A stretch of DNA of 64,000 bases from Flavihumibacter sp. (GTDB taxonomy: Bacteria; Bacteroidota; Bacteroidia; Chitinophagales; Chitinophagaceae), in the NCBI GenBank assembly GCA_039811405.1, contig JBDHYM010000001.1:6414-70413 (forward strand), given 5' to 3'. The notes beneath the pieces were generated by a model. That model was not told the DNA's origin. It searched no databases and saw only the letters and a list, made by a program, of their open reading frames with translations. A program made the translations under genes and the position numbers. The number at the start of each line of letters is the position of its first letter. The first letter of the stretch is position 1. This document shows positions 30,473 through 39,862 of the stretch, piece by piece.

Positions 30473-32623
30473 TTATTGTATGTTTATTTCTTCGTCGAGA
30501 TAATTGTCGCGCGCATTGGCGGCAACCTGGAAATGATATTTGCCTTTCGGCACATACCACTTTCGTTGCGCCTCATCCCATTGCTGCAATTGGGAAGTAT
30601 TGAGCCTAAAGGTCATTTCGCGCGTTTCGCCGGCGGGAACAAATACCTTTTGAAAGCAGCGCAATTCTTTAACCGGCATGCCCGGCCGGTTGCCCGCCGA
30701 CACATACAGTTGCAGGGTTTCGGCAGCGTCATGCGTACCGGTGTTCTTCAGGGCCACCACCGCTTCCCAGGCACCGTTCCTGAACACCGGTTTGCTGATC
30801 CAGCGGCAGTCGAACTGCGAATAACTCAGGCCATACCCGAAAGGATACAGGGGCTTGCCCCTGAAATAGCGATAGGTACGCCCTTCCAGGGCATAGCTTT
30901 CATACGGCGGAAGATCGTCGAGCGATTTGTAAAATGTAACCGGCAACCGGCCCGAGGGCGCCTGCTTACCGTATAACACGTCTGCGATGGCATTGCCGCC
31001 CTGGTCGCCAGGGTACCATGCCATCAGTATGGCATCGGCATAAGGCTCTACCGAGCTGATATCGATGGCGCTACCTGCATTGATCACCAGCACCAGGGGT
31101 GTTTTTGTTCCTTTTCTCAGGGCTTTCAGGTAAGCCACGTGCGCGGCAGGCAGTTGCAGGTGCTTGCGGTCGGCGCCATTCTCTGCAAGGAAAGCATCCC
31201 CCTCCTCACCTTCATATACGGCGGTGAGCCCCAGCACCGCGATGGTGATATTGGCATTGCCCGCGGCCCAGATGCCGCCGAAACGGCTAGTATCGGCATA
31301 ATCGCATCCCATATCGTATTCCACGCGTATGCCCGGCCCCACAGCGGCGGTGATGCCTTCGACTACATTCACCCCTTTGTCGCTTACGCCGTGGTAGCTG
31401 CCCAGCAATGCATCGATCGATCCTGCATTGGGGCCAACGATCATCACCGCAGGGTAGTCTTCTTTGCGTAAAGGCAGCAGGTTATTATTGTTCTTCAGCA
31501 GCACCATGCTTTCTGCCGCCATCTTACGGTTAAGGGAACGGTGATAGTCGTTGCTGATGCTATCAGCCGTATAGGCATCATACTTCGACCATCCAACCGG
31601 GTCAAAGAAACCAAGCTTCATTTGTGTGCGAAAAGCAGGCGCCAGGGCGCTGTCGATGTCTTTTACCGTCAGCAGCTTTTTATCGAGCGCCTCTTTAACG
31701 TGCCGTTGCAGCACGGAACCGCATTCGAGGCTGATGCCCGCTTTAACAGCCGCTGCTGCGGTGGTAACGGGGTCGGGATAGGTTTTATGCTGGGTATAGA
31801 TATCATCGAGGGCGCCGCAGTCGGTGACTATATGCCCGCCGAACTTCCATTCCTTGCGCAATATCTGCTGCATAAGCGAACTGCTGGTGCAGCAGGGCTC
31901 GCCGTTCAGGCGGTTATAAGCGCACATCACGGCTTCCACGCCATTATTCACCAATTGGTGGAACGCATACAAATAAGTTTCACGCAACTCTTTTTCGGAA
32001 ACGACCGCATTAAAGGCATGCCGTCCTTTTTCGGGGCCGCTATGCACTGCGAGGTGTTTGGCGGCGGCGGCTGTTTTCAGGTGCAGCAGGTCATTTCCCT
32101 GTAAACCTTTAACGAAGGCAGTTCCCATGGCGGCGGTAAGAAAAGGGTCTTCGCCATAGGTTTCCTGTCCGCGACCCCACCGCGGATCACGAAACAGGTT
32201 GATATTGGGCGACCAGAAGGTGAGTCCCATATATTGCAGGTGCCGCCCCTGGGCCCTTGCCAGGTTGTACTTCGCGCGTGCTTCGGTCGAGATCGCATCG
32301 GCGCACTGCTGCAGGAGGTCGGGATTGAAGCTGGCGGCCAGGGCGATGGCCTGCGGAAACACGGTGGCATTACCTGCGCGTGCCACCCCGTGCAATGCCT
32401 CATTCCACCAGTTATAGGCCGGTATACCCAAGCGTTCTACCGCCGTTGCTTCGTGGCCCAGGAGGCCGATCTTTTCATTGATGGTAAGCTGCCCAAGCAG
32501 GTCGTTCACCCGCAGATCGATGCGCGCCTTCGGGTCGCGGAAGAGCGGAGCAACAGACTGGGCAGCCAATTGGGTGCCGATGAAGAAAGCGCCGGCAAAA
32601 AAAAGAACAGGCAGTTTCGGCAT
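30473..32623 (-). CDS. GH3 beta-glucosidase/beta-xylosidase with Fn3-like C-terminus
   Basis: WWNEALHG, RDPRWGRGQETYGEDP, AKH, VTDCG nucleophile, EGEEGD; start reassigned to ATG 32623. Confidence 0.93.
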   Translation of the reverse strand: MPKLPVLFFAGAFFIGTQLAAQSVAPLFRDPKARIDLRVNDLLGQLTINEKIGLLGHEATAVERLGIPAYNWWNEALHGVARAGNATVFPQAIALAASFNPDLLQQCADAISTEARAKYNLARAQGRHLQYMGLTFWSPNINLFRDPRWGRGQETYGEDPFLTAAMGTAFVKGLQGNDLLHLKTAAAAKHLAVHSGPEKGRHAFNAVVSEKELRETYLYAFHQLVNNGVEAVMCAYNRLNGEPCCTSSSLMQQILRKEWKFGGHIVTDCGALDDIYTQHKTYPDPVTTAAAAVKAGISLECGSVLQRHVKEALDKKLLTVKDIDSALAPAFRTQMKLGFFDPVGWSKYDAYTADSISNDYHRSLNRKMAAESMVLLKNNNNLLPLRKEDYPAVMIVGPNAGSIDALLGSYHGVSDKGVNVVEGITAAVGPGIRVEYDMGCDYADTSRFGGIWAAGNANITIAVLGLTAVYEGEEGDAFLAENGADRKHLQLPAAHVAYLKALRKGTKTPLVLVINAGSAIDISSVEPYADAILMAWYPGDQGGNAIADVLYGKQAPSGRLPVTFYKSLDDLPPYESYALEGRTYRYFRGKPLYPFGYGLSYSQFDCRWISKPVFRNGAWEAVVALKNTGTHDAAETLQLYVSAGNRPGMPVKELRCFQKVFVPAGETREMTFRLNTSQLQQWDEAQRKWYVPKGKYHFQVAANARDNYLDEEINIQ

Positions 32624-32704
32624 AATATATAAACTGAAAGGGCAAGATAAATAAAGGCAGGCAACCCCGGCGGTTCTTTTTACATTTATCAAAGAAAACA
32701 GCGT

Positions 32705-35044
32705 ATGATCAGGAACTACCTGTTGCTGGGCTGGCGAAACGCCCGCAAGCACCGCTTGTTGTCTCTTATCCAATTGCTGGGCCTGAGTGGCGGTCTTGCC
32801 GCCTGTTTGCTGATAGGTATTTATATCGCTCACGAAAAGAGTTACGACCAATACAACCGGCATGCCGGCCGCATCGCGCGGGTCACCCAGGTACTGGGCA
32901 TGCCCGATAAGCAAATGGCCATTGCGCGGGTGGCTACCCCCCTGCTGCCTGCACTCTTACGGTATCCTGAGGTAGAGGCAGTAGCAGGCATACGCCCATT
33001 GACAGCTACCGTTAGTAAGAACCAACAACTGTTTACGGAAGAGAACTTTCATTACAGCGACAGCAGCCTGTTCAGGGTTTTTGATTTCAATTTTATAGCG
33101 GGCGACCGGCGGGCGCTCGACCGGCCCGATGCCATCGCCCTCAGCGCATCCACCGCCCGGAAATATTTCGGCAGCACCGCTGCCGTGGGACAAATACTGA
33201 TCTGCAACAGGAAAAACTATACGATAACGGCTGTATTTGACGACCGCCCGGTTAACAGCGATATTACCATCGACGCCCTGCTGTCGGGTAATTTTTCCAA
33301 AGAACAGTCGTGGATAGACGACATGCCCTATTTCTGCTTCGTACTCTTTTCACGGAGCACGAACAGCCAGGCATTTGCCGGAAAGATAACGAAAGACATT
33401 GCTCCCCTTCCGCTGGCGGAACTGAAATCGATGGGCGCCATCAACTGGAATGTTTCGTTTGAGGTGGAACCGCTGGAGAAAGTTCATTTCAGCGCTTCCA
33501 AAGAGATGGATACACCGAAAGGGAACAGCACTTACCTGCCCGTACTGGGCCTGCTGGCGGTGTTGATACTGCTGATCGCGCTGGCCAATTATGTCAACTT
33601 CTCCATCACCAAATCAACGGAACGGGCGCGGGAGGTAGGTGTCAGAAAGGCGGCAGGCGCCCCGGCAAGAATGCTTATTGGCCAGTTCATGGTTGAATCG
33701 CTGGTGCTTATCTGTATCGCGTGGCTGTTGGCCATACTGCTGTTGGCGGCCGTCATTCCGTTAGTCAATCATTTGCTGCAAATACATATCATCTTTACCA
33801 TTGCCAATACGGCCGGGTATATCCTTGCTGCACTGGCGGCCAGCCTGCTGCTGGGCGGGCTCTACCCCGCTGTTGTGCTGGCCCGCTACCAGCCGGCCAT
33901 CGTGCTTCAAGGAAGCTGGAAAAACAGCGCCTCGGGTTTGCTTTTGCGGAAATCATTGCTGCTGCTTCAATGTACGGTAGCCGGCGGGTTGCTTTTCTGT
34001 ACTCTGATCATGTATAAGCAGACAAGATTTCTGCAGCATACCGACCCCGGTTACCGGTCGGCCGATTTGCTGCAAATATTTGTTCCGAACGACTCCACCC
34101 ATCTTTCCGCCATAAAAGCCTTTCGGGAAGCGTTGGCAGCACGGTCTTTTACCAGCGCTGTTTCCACCAGCGGTATCGCTTATGAAACCCAGGCATTCGG
34201 CAGTTCCATCCTGGAAAAAGAAGAAGGCGGCAGAATGGAAGTACCGATCCGTTTCCTGGCAATAGACCCCGCATTCCTGTCGGCCTATGCGATCCCGCTG
34301 GTGGCAGGGCGGGCCTTTTCAGGTTCGGTTGCCGGCGACAAAGGAGGCGCATTCATGGTCAATGAAGAATTGGTCAGGCGCATGGGCTGGACGCATCCGG
34401 TGGGCATGAGATCATACGACGACAAGGGAAATGAGCAGTTGCTGATCGGGGTGGTCAAAGATTTTCATTTCGAGTCGATGCACAATAAGATCGAGCCGCT
34501 GATGATGACTTACAGCGATCAGCAATCGCCTGTTATCACTGCGCAGGTACAGTCGGGGTCGCTGCCGGCGATACAAAAATTATACGGGCAGTATATCAAT
34601 GATATTCCTTTCAGACATCAGTATGTAACTGATATGATCGCGGGGCAGTATGCGCCCGACCGGAAAGCTGCTTCCGTTTTCAATGCATTTACCCTGATGG
34701 CGCTGTTCCTCGCCTGCCTTGGGTTATACGGCATGACCAGCCTCGTATTGCGACAACGCACCCGCGAGATCGGTATCCGCAAGTTGCTGGGCGCCGGCCA
34801 ATGGCAGCTTGCCCGCTTGTTATCCGGCGGCTTTTTGCAGATCGTATCACTGGCCCTGGTTATCGGGTTACCGGTTTGTTATTTCCTGATGAACAGGTGG
34901 CTGACGGGTTATGCCTATCATGTGCAGGTGCAATGGACGGATTTCCTGTTGCCTGCTGTAGGCATGGTTTTACTTACGCTGGTAGTTACCGGTAAAGAAG
35001 TTGGACGAGCGCTGGGTGTAAACGTGGCGGAGAGTATTCGTTGA
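32705..35044 (+). CDS. MacB/FtsX-type ABC transporter permease
   Basis: Duplicated MacB periplasmic + FtsX domains; RAREVGVRK and RTREIGIRKLLGA. Confidence 0.92.
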   Translation: MIRNYLLLGWRNARKHRLLSLIQLLGLSGGLAACLLIGIYIAHEKSYDQYNRHAGRIARVTQVLGMPDKQMAIARVATPLLPALLRYPEVEAVAGIRPLTATVSKNQQLFTEENFHYSDSSLFRVFDFNFIAGDRRALDRPDAIALSASTARKYFGSTAAVGQILICNRKNYTITAVFDDRPVNSDITIDALLSGNFSKEQSWIDDMPYFCFVLFSRSTNSQAFAGKITKDIAPLPLAELKSMGAINWNVSFEVEPLEKVHFSASKEMDTPKGNSTYLPVLGLLAVLILLIALANYVNFSITKSTERAREVGVRKAAGAPARMLIGQFMVESLVLICIAWLLAILLLAAVIPLVNHLLQIHIIFTIANTAGYILAALAASLLLGGLYPAVVLARYQPAIVLQGSWKNSASGLLLRKSLLLLQCTVAGGLLFCTLIMYKQTRFLQHTDPGYRSADLLQIFVPNDSTHLSAIKAFREALAARSFTSAVSTSGIAYETQAFGSSILEKEEGGRMEVPIRFLAIDPAFLSAYAIPLVAGRAFSGSVAGDKGGAFMVNEELVRRMGWTHPVGMRSYDDKGNEQLLIGVVKDFHFESMHNKIEPLMMTYSDQQSPVITAQVQSGSLPAIQKLYGQYINDIPFRHQYVTDMIAGQYAPDRKAASVFNAFTLMALFLACLGLYGMTSLVLRQRTREIGIRKLLGAGQWQLARLLSGGFLQIVSLALVIGLPVCYFLMNRWLTGYAYHVQVQWTDFLLPAVGMVLLTLVVTGKEVGRALGVNVAESIR

Positions 35045-35080
35045 ACGAGGGCATGTTGCTGCCATATACCGGTATACCGG

Positions 35081-35440
35081 TTATTCTTTATACACCATTG
35101 CCGAAGGAAGCATTTGCAAAAACGGGAGCGCTTCTGCATACTTCAGTTCGTCATATTCCAAACCCAGCCTCCTGATATTACTGTAATAGGCTTGGTGTTG
35201 TTCATAGTAGTTTTTCTCGCTTTGCAAAAACCAGGCATTCATACCAAGTTTCTGTGCCAAAAACCATTTTTCCAATAACCGTGCTATTCTGCCGTTACCA
35301 TCTTCAAACGGATGGATTTTTACAGACACCAGGTGCAACAGCGAAGCAAAAAAGAAAACCTCGTCAAATGACAAATCATCTGCCAATAATATCCCGATGT
35401 CGGCATACAATTTTTCCATTTCGGTTTTCACTTTTTCGGG
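35081..35440 (-). pseudogene. N-terminally truncated Fic-domain gene
   Basis: Intact Fic motif HPFEDGNGRIAR but only ~120 codons; the frame begins directly at the TAG of the DUF59 gene, with no room for the usual N-terminal helices. Confidence 0.65.
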
Positions 35441-35770
35441 CTACTTTACACCCAGTTGCTGCCGCCCTTCGGCGGTAAGTCTTTCAAAACTCCAGGGGGG
35501 GTCGAAGGTTAGTTGAATATCTATCACTTTCCCGGGAAAGCTGGCCTCCAGTGCATTTTTCACACCTGTAGTGATGGCTTCGCCCATCGGGCAGTGCGGT
35601 GTGGAGAGCGTCATGGTGACCCGGATATGATCGTCGGGCGGAAACTCAATATGGTAGATCAGCCCCAGGTCAACCACATTCACAAAAAGCTCGGGGTCTA
35701 TCACATTGTACAGCGCATTTTGCGCCTGCATAACCTCGTTGACATGTGTATGGGTAAGATCGATATTCAT
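35441..35770 (-). CDS. DUF59/SufT-like metal-sulfur cluster assembly factor
   Basis: VIDPEL..NVVDLGLIY, MTLSTPHCP, FDPPWS. Confidence 0.92.
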   Translation of the reverse strand: MNIDLTHTHVNEVMQAQNALYNVIDPELFVNVVDLGLIYHIEFPPDDHIRVTMTLSTPHCPMGEAITTGVKNALEASFPGKVIDIQLTFDPPWSFERLTAEGRQQLGVK

Positions 35771-37032
35771 TCCAGCGTTTTTGTTTTGTGCAGCAGGGTC
35801 TTGAACACATTGATGTTATACAGCAGGGCAACGATAAGCCAGATTACCAGCGACAGCCGGATCAGCAGCAGGCTGTCGAGTATCAATGCCAGGGCCAACG
35901 ACAACAAAGCTACTACAAAAGCCGGCAGTTGCCATTCAACCATTTTTTCATTGTACAGGTGTTTGGGCAGCGGTACTTTTACCTTACCGGACAGGTGCTT
36001 GTAGTGACCATTCCAGACAATAAAAGGAAGTGTTTTAAATGATTTTCCCAGAATAATCCCGGTTATCCAGCCCAGGAAAATAAAGCTGCCGTAGAGCATG
36101 GCCCAGCGGCTTCCCTGTGCGTACAATACCCAGGGCAAGAGCGCAAACGCGATAAGCAGGCAGCAAAACGAAAAGGCAGTATGCTTCATCATTACATCCA
36201 CCTTTTTGCGCAGCCTGCTTTTGTAGGCGGCCCATAAGTACCGCATCCAGCACAATACGCCTGCCAATACCAGCACACCGTAGAGCAGCGAACGGCCGCC
36301 CACCCCATTCAGGTATCCGTCGGCGAGAAACAACAACAGCCCCGCATTTTGAAACAGGCAGGCATACTTCAGCCATTTTTCTTCTCCTGCTTTGCCCAGC
36401 AGGAACATGGGTACCAGTTTGGCGCTTACACCGGTTATCAGTTGTAAAAACCAGCCGGCGATACCGGCATGCGCGTGCAGCTTCAGTATGTCGAGATGAC
36501 TACGGGTAAAAAAAGGAAATGCCAGGTTGACGGCCAGCAGCAGGCCGACAACCACTGTAAATAACAACCAGAGCGATGACAACGCGATGAGCATTTTTTG
36601 CACGGAGTACCGGGTGCAGATTCGGCTGGTGAGTAATACATTTATCACAAACAACAACACCGACACCACTACCAGGGCGCCACCCGTAATCATCAGCCAC
36701 CCGGTGCGCATATCCCAGAAAGAGAACACGAACAGGGCAATGCCTGTGGTGAGTGTGTACCAGCAAAACGATGCCATTCTTTCACTGTAAAGATCCTGCT
36801 CGCAGATAACAGGCAATAATTGATGCGCGGCTCCGAAAATGACCATCGTGCCCCAGCCCAGGGCTGCGGTATGCACGATGCTAAGCAGGTGCGGATTGAA
36901 AAAATGGGTTTGCAGGCTCTGCGGGCTAACGAGCAGTAATACGCAAAGCGCCAAAAAGGCCAGCGCGCCGGTCGCATAAAACGGCAGCACGGCATCATTG
37001 GCGGGCGCTTTTGCAATATTGACATCAGCCAT
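35767..37032 (-). CDS. Polytopic His-containing membrane protein (NnrS/HCO-subunit-I-like repeat family)
   Basis: About 12 TM; VHTAALGW..GAAHQLLPV, HAHAGIAGW..GVSAKLVPMF, and a third repeat FLGW..GKSFKTLPF. Confidence 0.7.
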   Translation of the reverse strand: MADVNIAKAPANDAVLPFYATGALAFLALCVLLLVSPQSLQTHFFNPHLLSIVHTAALGWGTMVIFGAAHQLLPVICEQDLYSERMASFCWYTLTTGIALFVFSFWDMRTGWLMITGGALVVVSVLLFVINVLLTSRICTRYSVQKMLIALSSLWLLFTVVVGLLLAVNLAFPFFTRSHLDILKLHAHAGIAGWFLQLITGVSAKLVPMFLLGKAGEEKWLKYACLFQNAGLLLFLADGYLNGVGGRSLLYGVLVLAGVLCWMRYLWAAYKSRLRKKVDVMMKHTAFSFCCLLIAFALLPWVLYAQGSRWAMLYGSFIFLGWITGIILGKSFKTLPFIVWNGHYKHLSGKVKVPLPKHLYNEKMVEWQLPAFVVALLSLALALILDSLLLIRLSLVIWLIVALLYNINVFKTLLHKTKTLE

Positions 37033-37861
37033 TGGGCTTAAATATAACCATCTTCACATTGCCTTCGTCTACATTGCTGATATGCACTTCCAGCTCTTTG
37101 TCGGCCAGCACTTCCAGCAAATAGACCGGTACCCGCTTGTGGTGAATGTACAGCATACCGGCGGCGGGCAGGGTTTCCAGCTCGGCCAGGATGGCCTGCA
37201 TAGGCCCGGGCATTTCCAGGGCACGCACATCTATCTCTCTCCGGTTTTCAGGAGAAAAACGCGCGCATACCTGCCCGAAAGCTGCGGGGTCGTCCATGAT
37301 CACCTTTCCTTTTTCCGTATGTACCGTAGCTGTCGTCTTTTTCCCTTTCAGGAAGAAGGTGTGGAACTCGCTGGCCGATATTGTTTTCACATAACTCGCT
37401 TCTGCTTTCTCTTTCTCCAGCAGATGGATAAGTGGTGTGGGAATAAAAGAATTGACAATGCAGAAGATGCCGCCGGCCGGTACGGATTTAAACCGGTGCA
37501 GTATCTCCTTCAGCGGATCGGTTCCTTCTTCGATAATGGGCCGCACATCGTACACGATAATGCTGCCATGGTCGGCTTTTGTCAGCCAGGCAGGTTCCTG
37601 CTGCGCGCCGGCCACTTTTTCTTTGACAGCCGAGTACCTGTAACCCAGTGGCGCCAGCGCTTTCGCAATCGCTTCAGTGGTGGTGCCGCCCATTTTCGCC
37701 GCTTCCGAGAGGGTAACGCGCGAAGCCATTATCTTTCTGAGCAACGGGTTCTTAAGCCGCTCCAGCGGTTTTGCCACGGCAGCGATCGCGTCTATGCTCG
37801 CTTTATCGGCCTTGATGATCGCCGAAATTTTGGTATTATTATTTATCTCCATCGACTGCAT
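37025..37861 (-). CDS. DUF1858/DUF2249 domain protein
   Basis: LKNPLLRK..RVTL.EAAK.G (DUF1858-like); DVRP..G.DP..I..NSFIPTPL and TusA-like IDVRALEMPGPM..HHKRVPVYL (DUF2249). Confidence 0.8.
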   Translation of the reverse strand: MQSMEINNNTKISAIIKADKASIDAIAAVAKPLERLKNPLLRKIMASRVTLSEAAKMGGTTTEAIAKALAPLGYRYSAVKEKVAGAQQEPAWLTKADHGSIIVYDVRPIIEEGTDPLKEILHRFKSVPAGGIFCIVNSFIPTPLIHLLEKEKAEASYVKTISASEFHTFFLKGKKTTATVHTEKGKVIMDDPAAFGQVCARFSPENRREIDVRALEMPGPMQAILAELETLPAAGMLYIHHKRVPVYLLEVLADKELEVHISNVDEGNVKMVIFKPNG

Positions 37862-37870
37862 TTTATATGG

Positions 37871-38815
37871 TTAAACGGCTTGCGCTTCCACCTGCTTCAG
37901 CGCTTTGGGGAAAAGGATATTGTTTTCGAGGTGAATATGACGCTGCAAATCATCTTCAAATTCTTTCATTTTAGCGAAAAGATAGTTGTACGAGTTGCAG
38001 GCATCTTCGGGTAAAGCATAGTTACCGGTCAGCTTCCGGAAGAAACCCAGGTCTTCTCCGGCAACCGAATGCTCCTTCTGCAACATCAATATCCGCTGTC
38101 GCAGAGAATCCGTTGCTGCAGAGGCCATATCAGCGCCTTTGGCAAATGCGTCTTTAATGGCAGGGAATAATTCCATTTCTTCTTTTTCCAGGTGCGCCAG
38201 CAGGTCGTCGGCAAAATGCGCCAGGCTTCTCGACAGCTTTTTCAGCTCCGGGTGCTCTTCGCCATGACGCTGCGCCACTTTAACGGCCATGGCGCAAATG
38301 CTGCCGAGCGTCTCTTTTACATAGCGGTGGTGCGTGTTGACAATATAGTCTATCAGGAAACCCGGCTCCCATTTGTCGTAGTCTTGCGAGGGCGAAACCG
38401 GCGTTTTATCGGCTGCCTCCAACGCTGCTTTCAATTCAACTTCGTTTACGCCCGCTTCTTTGCTGGCTTCCTTCAGTGTTTTATTACCTCCACAGCAAAA
38501 GTCGATGCCTCTTGCTTTCAGTATCTCTGCCTTCCTGATATCGCGTGCCGCGATGGCACCCACTGTTTCTTCATCGCCACCCGCAGCCAGGCGGGTTATC
38601 TTTATTACAAACCAGGTGGGGCCTTTCTCCAGGTACTCCCAGGTAAAAATATTACCCCGCTCGCCCAGCAGCTCGTAGTACAGGGGCTTGGGGTCGTGGT
38701 CGTTCTCAATGATCAGCTCCTCGCCGGCCCCGAGCGCGTCAAAATGTGTAAAGATCGTAGGATGCTTAAGACGTGGTTCAATCTTCGTTACGTCGAGCGA
38801 TGTTACAGTTGCCAT
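37871..38815 (-). CDS. ric: Iron-sulfur cluster repair di-iron protein with N-terminal DUF2249
   Basis: NDHDPKPLYY (DUF2249), IDFCCGG (ScdA_N), hemerythrin-like HH, HLEKEE, EH, HIHLENNILFP; start reassigned to ATG 38815. Confidence 0.92.
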   Translation of the reverse strand: MATVTSLDVTKIEPRLKHPTIFTHFDALGAGEELIIENDHDPKPLYYELLGERGNIFTWEYLEKGPTWFVIKITRLAAGGDEETVGAIAARDIRKAEILKARGIDFCCGGNKTLKEASKEAGVNEVELKAALEAADKTPVSPSQDYDKWEPGFLIDYIVNTHHRYVKETLGSICAMAVKVAQRHGEEHPELKKLSRSLAHFADDLLAHLEKEEMELFPAIKDAFAKGADMASAATDSLRQRILMLQKEHSVAGEDLGFFRKLTGNYALPEDACNSYNYLFAKMKEFEDDLQRHIHLENNILFPKALKQVEAQAV

Positions 38816-38838
38816 ATAAATACATTTTACGTTTATAA

Positions 38839-39177
38839 TTAGCTGTTGTCTTCTTCCAGTATTACCCGAACACCTTGCAGCTTTTCGTTGATCAGCACCT
38901 GGCACGACAGCCGCTGGTGGTTTCCGCTGATGCCGTTTTTGACGAGGGTGGCCTCTTCATTTCCCACCCGTTCATGCAATGCATTGTCTTCGTTTCCTTC
39001 CAGCTTCACCAGGCAGGTAGCGCATCTTCCCTGGCCACCGCACTCTCCGAAATAATCGAAACAAAACCTGTCTTTCAGCAGTACCATCAGGTTACGGTAC
39101 GACCTGACAGGTGTGACTATCTGGCTTTCAACGCCATTCTCTATCACGGTAAACGATATGCTGGTTTGTTCAGGCAT
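38839..39177 (-). CDS. 2Fe-2S ferredoxin (adrenodoxin type)
   Basis: CGGQGRCATC and RLSCQ. Confidence 0.88.
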   Translation of the reverse strand: MPEQTSISFTVIENGVESQIVTPVRSYRNLMVLLKDRFCFDYFGECGGQGRCATCLVKLEGNEDNALHERVGNEEATLVKNGISGNHQRLSCQVLINEKLQGVRVILEEDNS

Positions 39178-39187
39178 CGGCGATCAA

Positions 39188-39595
39188 TTAATTAGGCGCC
39201 ATATTCAAATAGCTGATGAGATAATACATGCCCCAGCCGAAAAAAAGGATCAGTAATATCCATATCCAGGTAGGCACGCTTTGCGGTGTTTCGCTGCCAG
39301 TAATGTAAAATTTTTCGGTATCGCCCTTGCTATAAGCGTTTACCATAATGGGTACGATACCGTCGATCACTGCATTTTCGGCAATGCCTTCCACACTGAT
39401 ATCAGGCCCGTTGCGCACTTCAAAGGGAATGACCCGCAATCCTTCTTTTCCGGTGCTGTCTTTACTGATGACCTTAAGCGTGTGCTTTCCGTCGATCAGC
39501 TTGCGCGTGTCAAGCTCAAAATGAACGGGTGCTTTCAGCCGGGCGATGGGCGCCGGCTCGTTGTCGACAAAAAGCAGAATTTCGCTATAATCCAT
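39188..39595 (-). CDS. Hypothetical Ig-like protein with C-terminal TM anchor
   Basis: FELDTRKL.DG.H.LKV Ig-like pattern; hydrophobic C-terminus; lies within the operon. Confidence 0.7.
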   Translation of the reverse strand: MDYSEILLFVDNEPAPIARLKAPVHFELDTRKLIDGKHTLKVISKDSTGKEGLRVIPFEVRNGPDISVEGIAENAVIDGIVPIMVNAYSKGDTEKFYITGSETPQSVPTWIWILLILFFGWGMYYLISYLNMAPN

Positions 39596-39860
39596 CTTCC
39601 GGTATATTTAAGACCAAACGTTTTATATGGGTACCCGACTGCTCACCGGGCCGAAGCAGGAATTTCACCGAATACCAGGTGGTGAAAGCCACCACCACAG
39701 CGATGGCCGCCACGATCACATAGTCCCATTCGCTTTGCGGACCGGCGCCATGCGTGATGCCCCTGAAAATTTTCGGCTGCTGCTTTTCGCAAAGCGGACA
39801 GGCCATGACGCTTAGACCGTAGCCCGATAATGCCGCCAGTAGAAAAAATGCCCGTTTCAT
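39585..39860 (-). CDS. Small exported membrane protein with CxxC
   Basis: Signal peptide followed by ACPLCEKQQP..THGAGP, then a TM helix. Confidence 0.75.
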   Translation of the reverse strand: MKRAFFLLAALSGYGLSVMACPLCEKQQPKIFRGITHGAGPQSEWDYVIVAAIAVVVAFTTWYSVKFLLRPGEQSGTHIKRLVLNIPEDGL

Positions 39861-39862
39861 GT

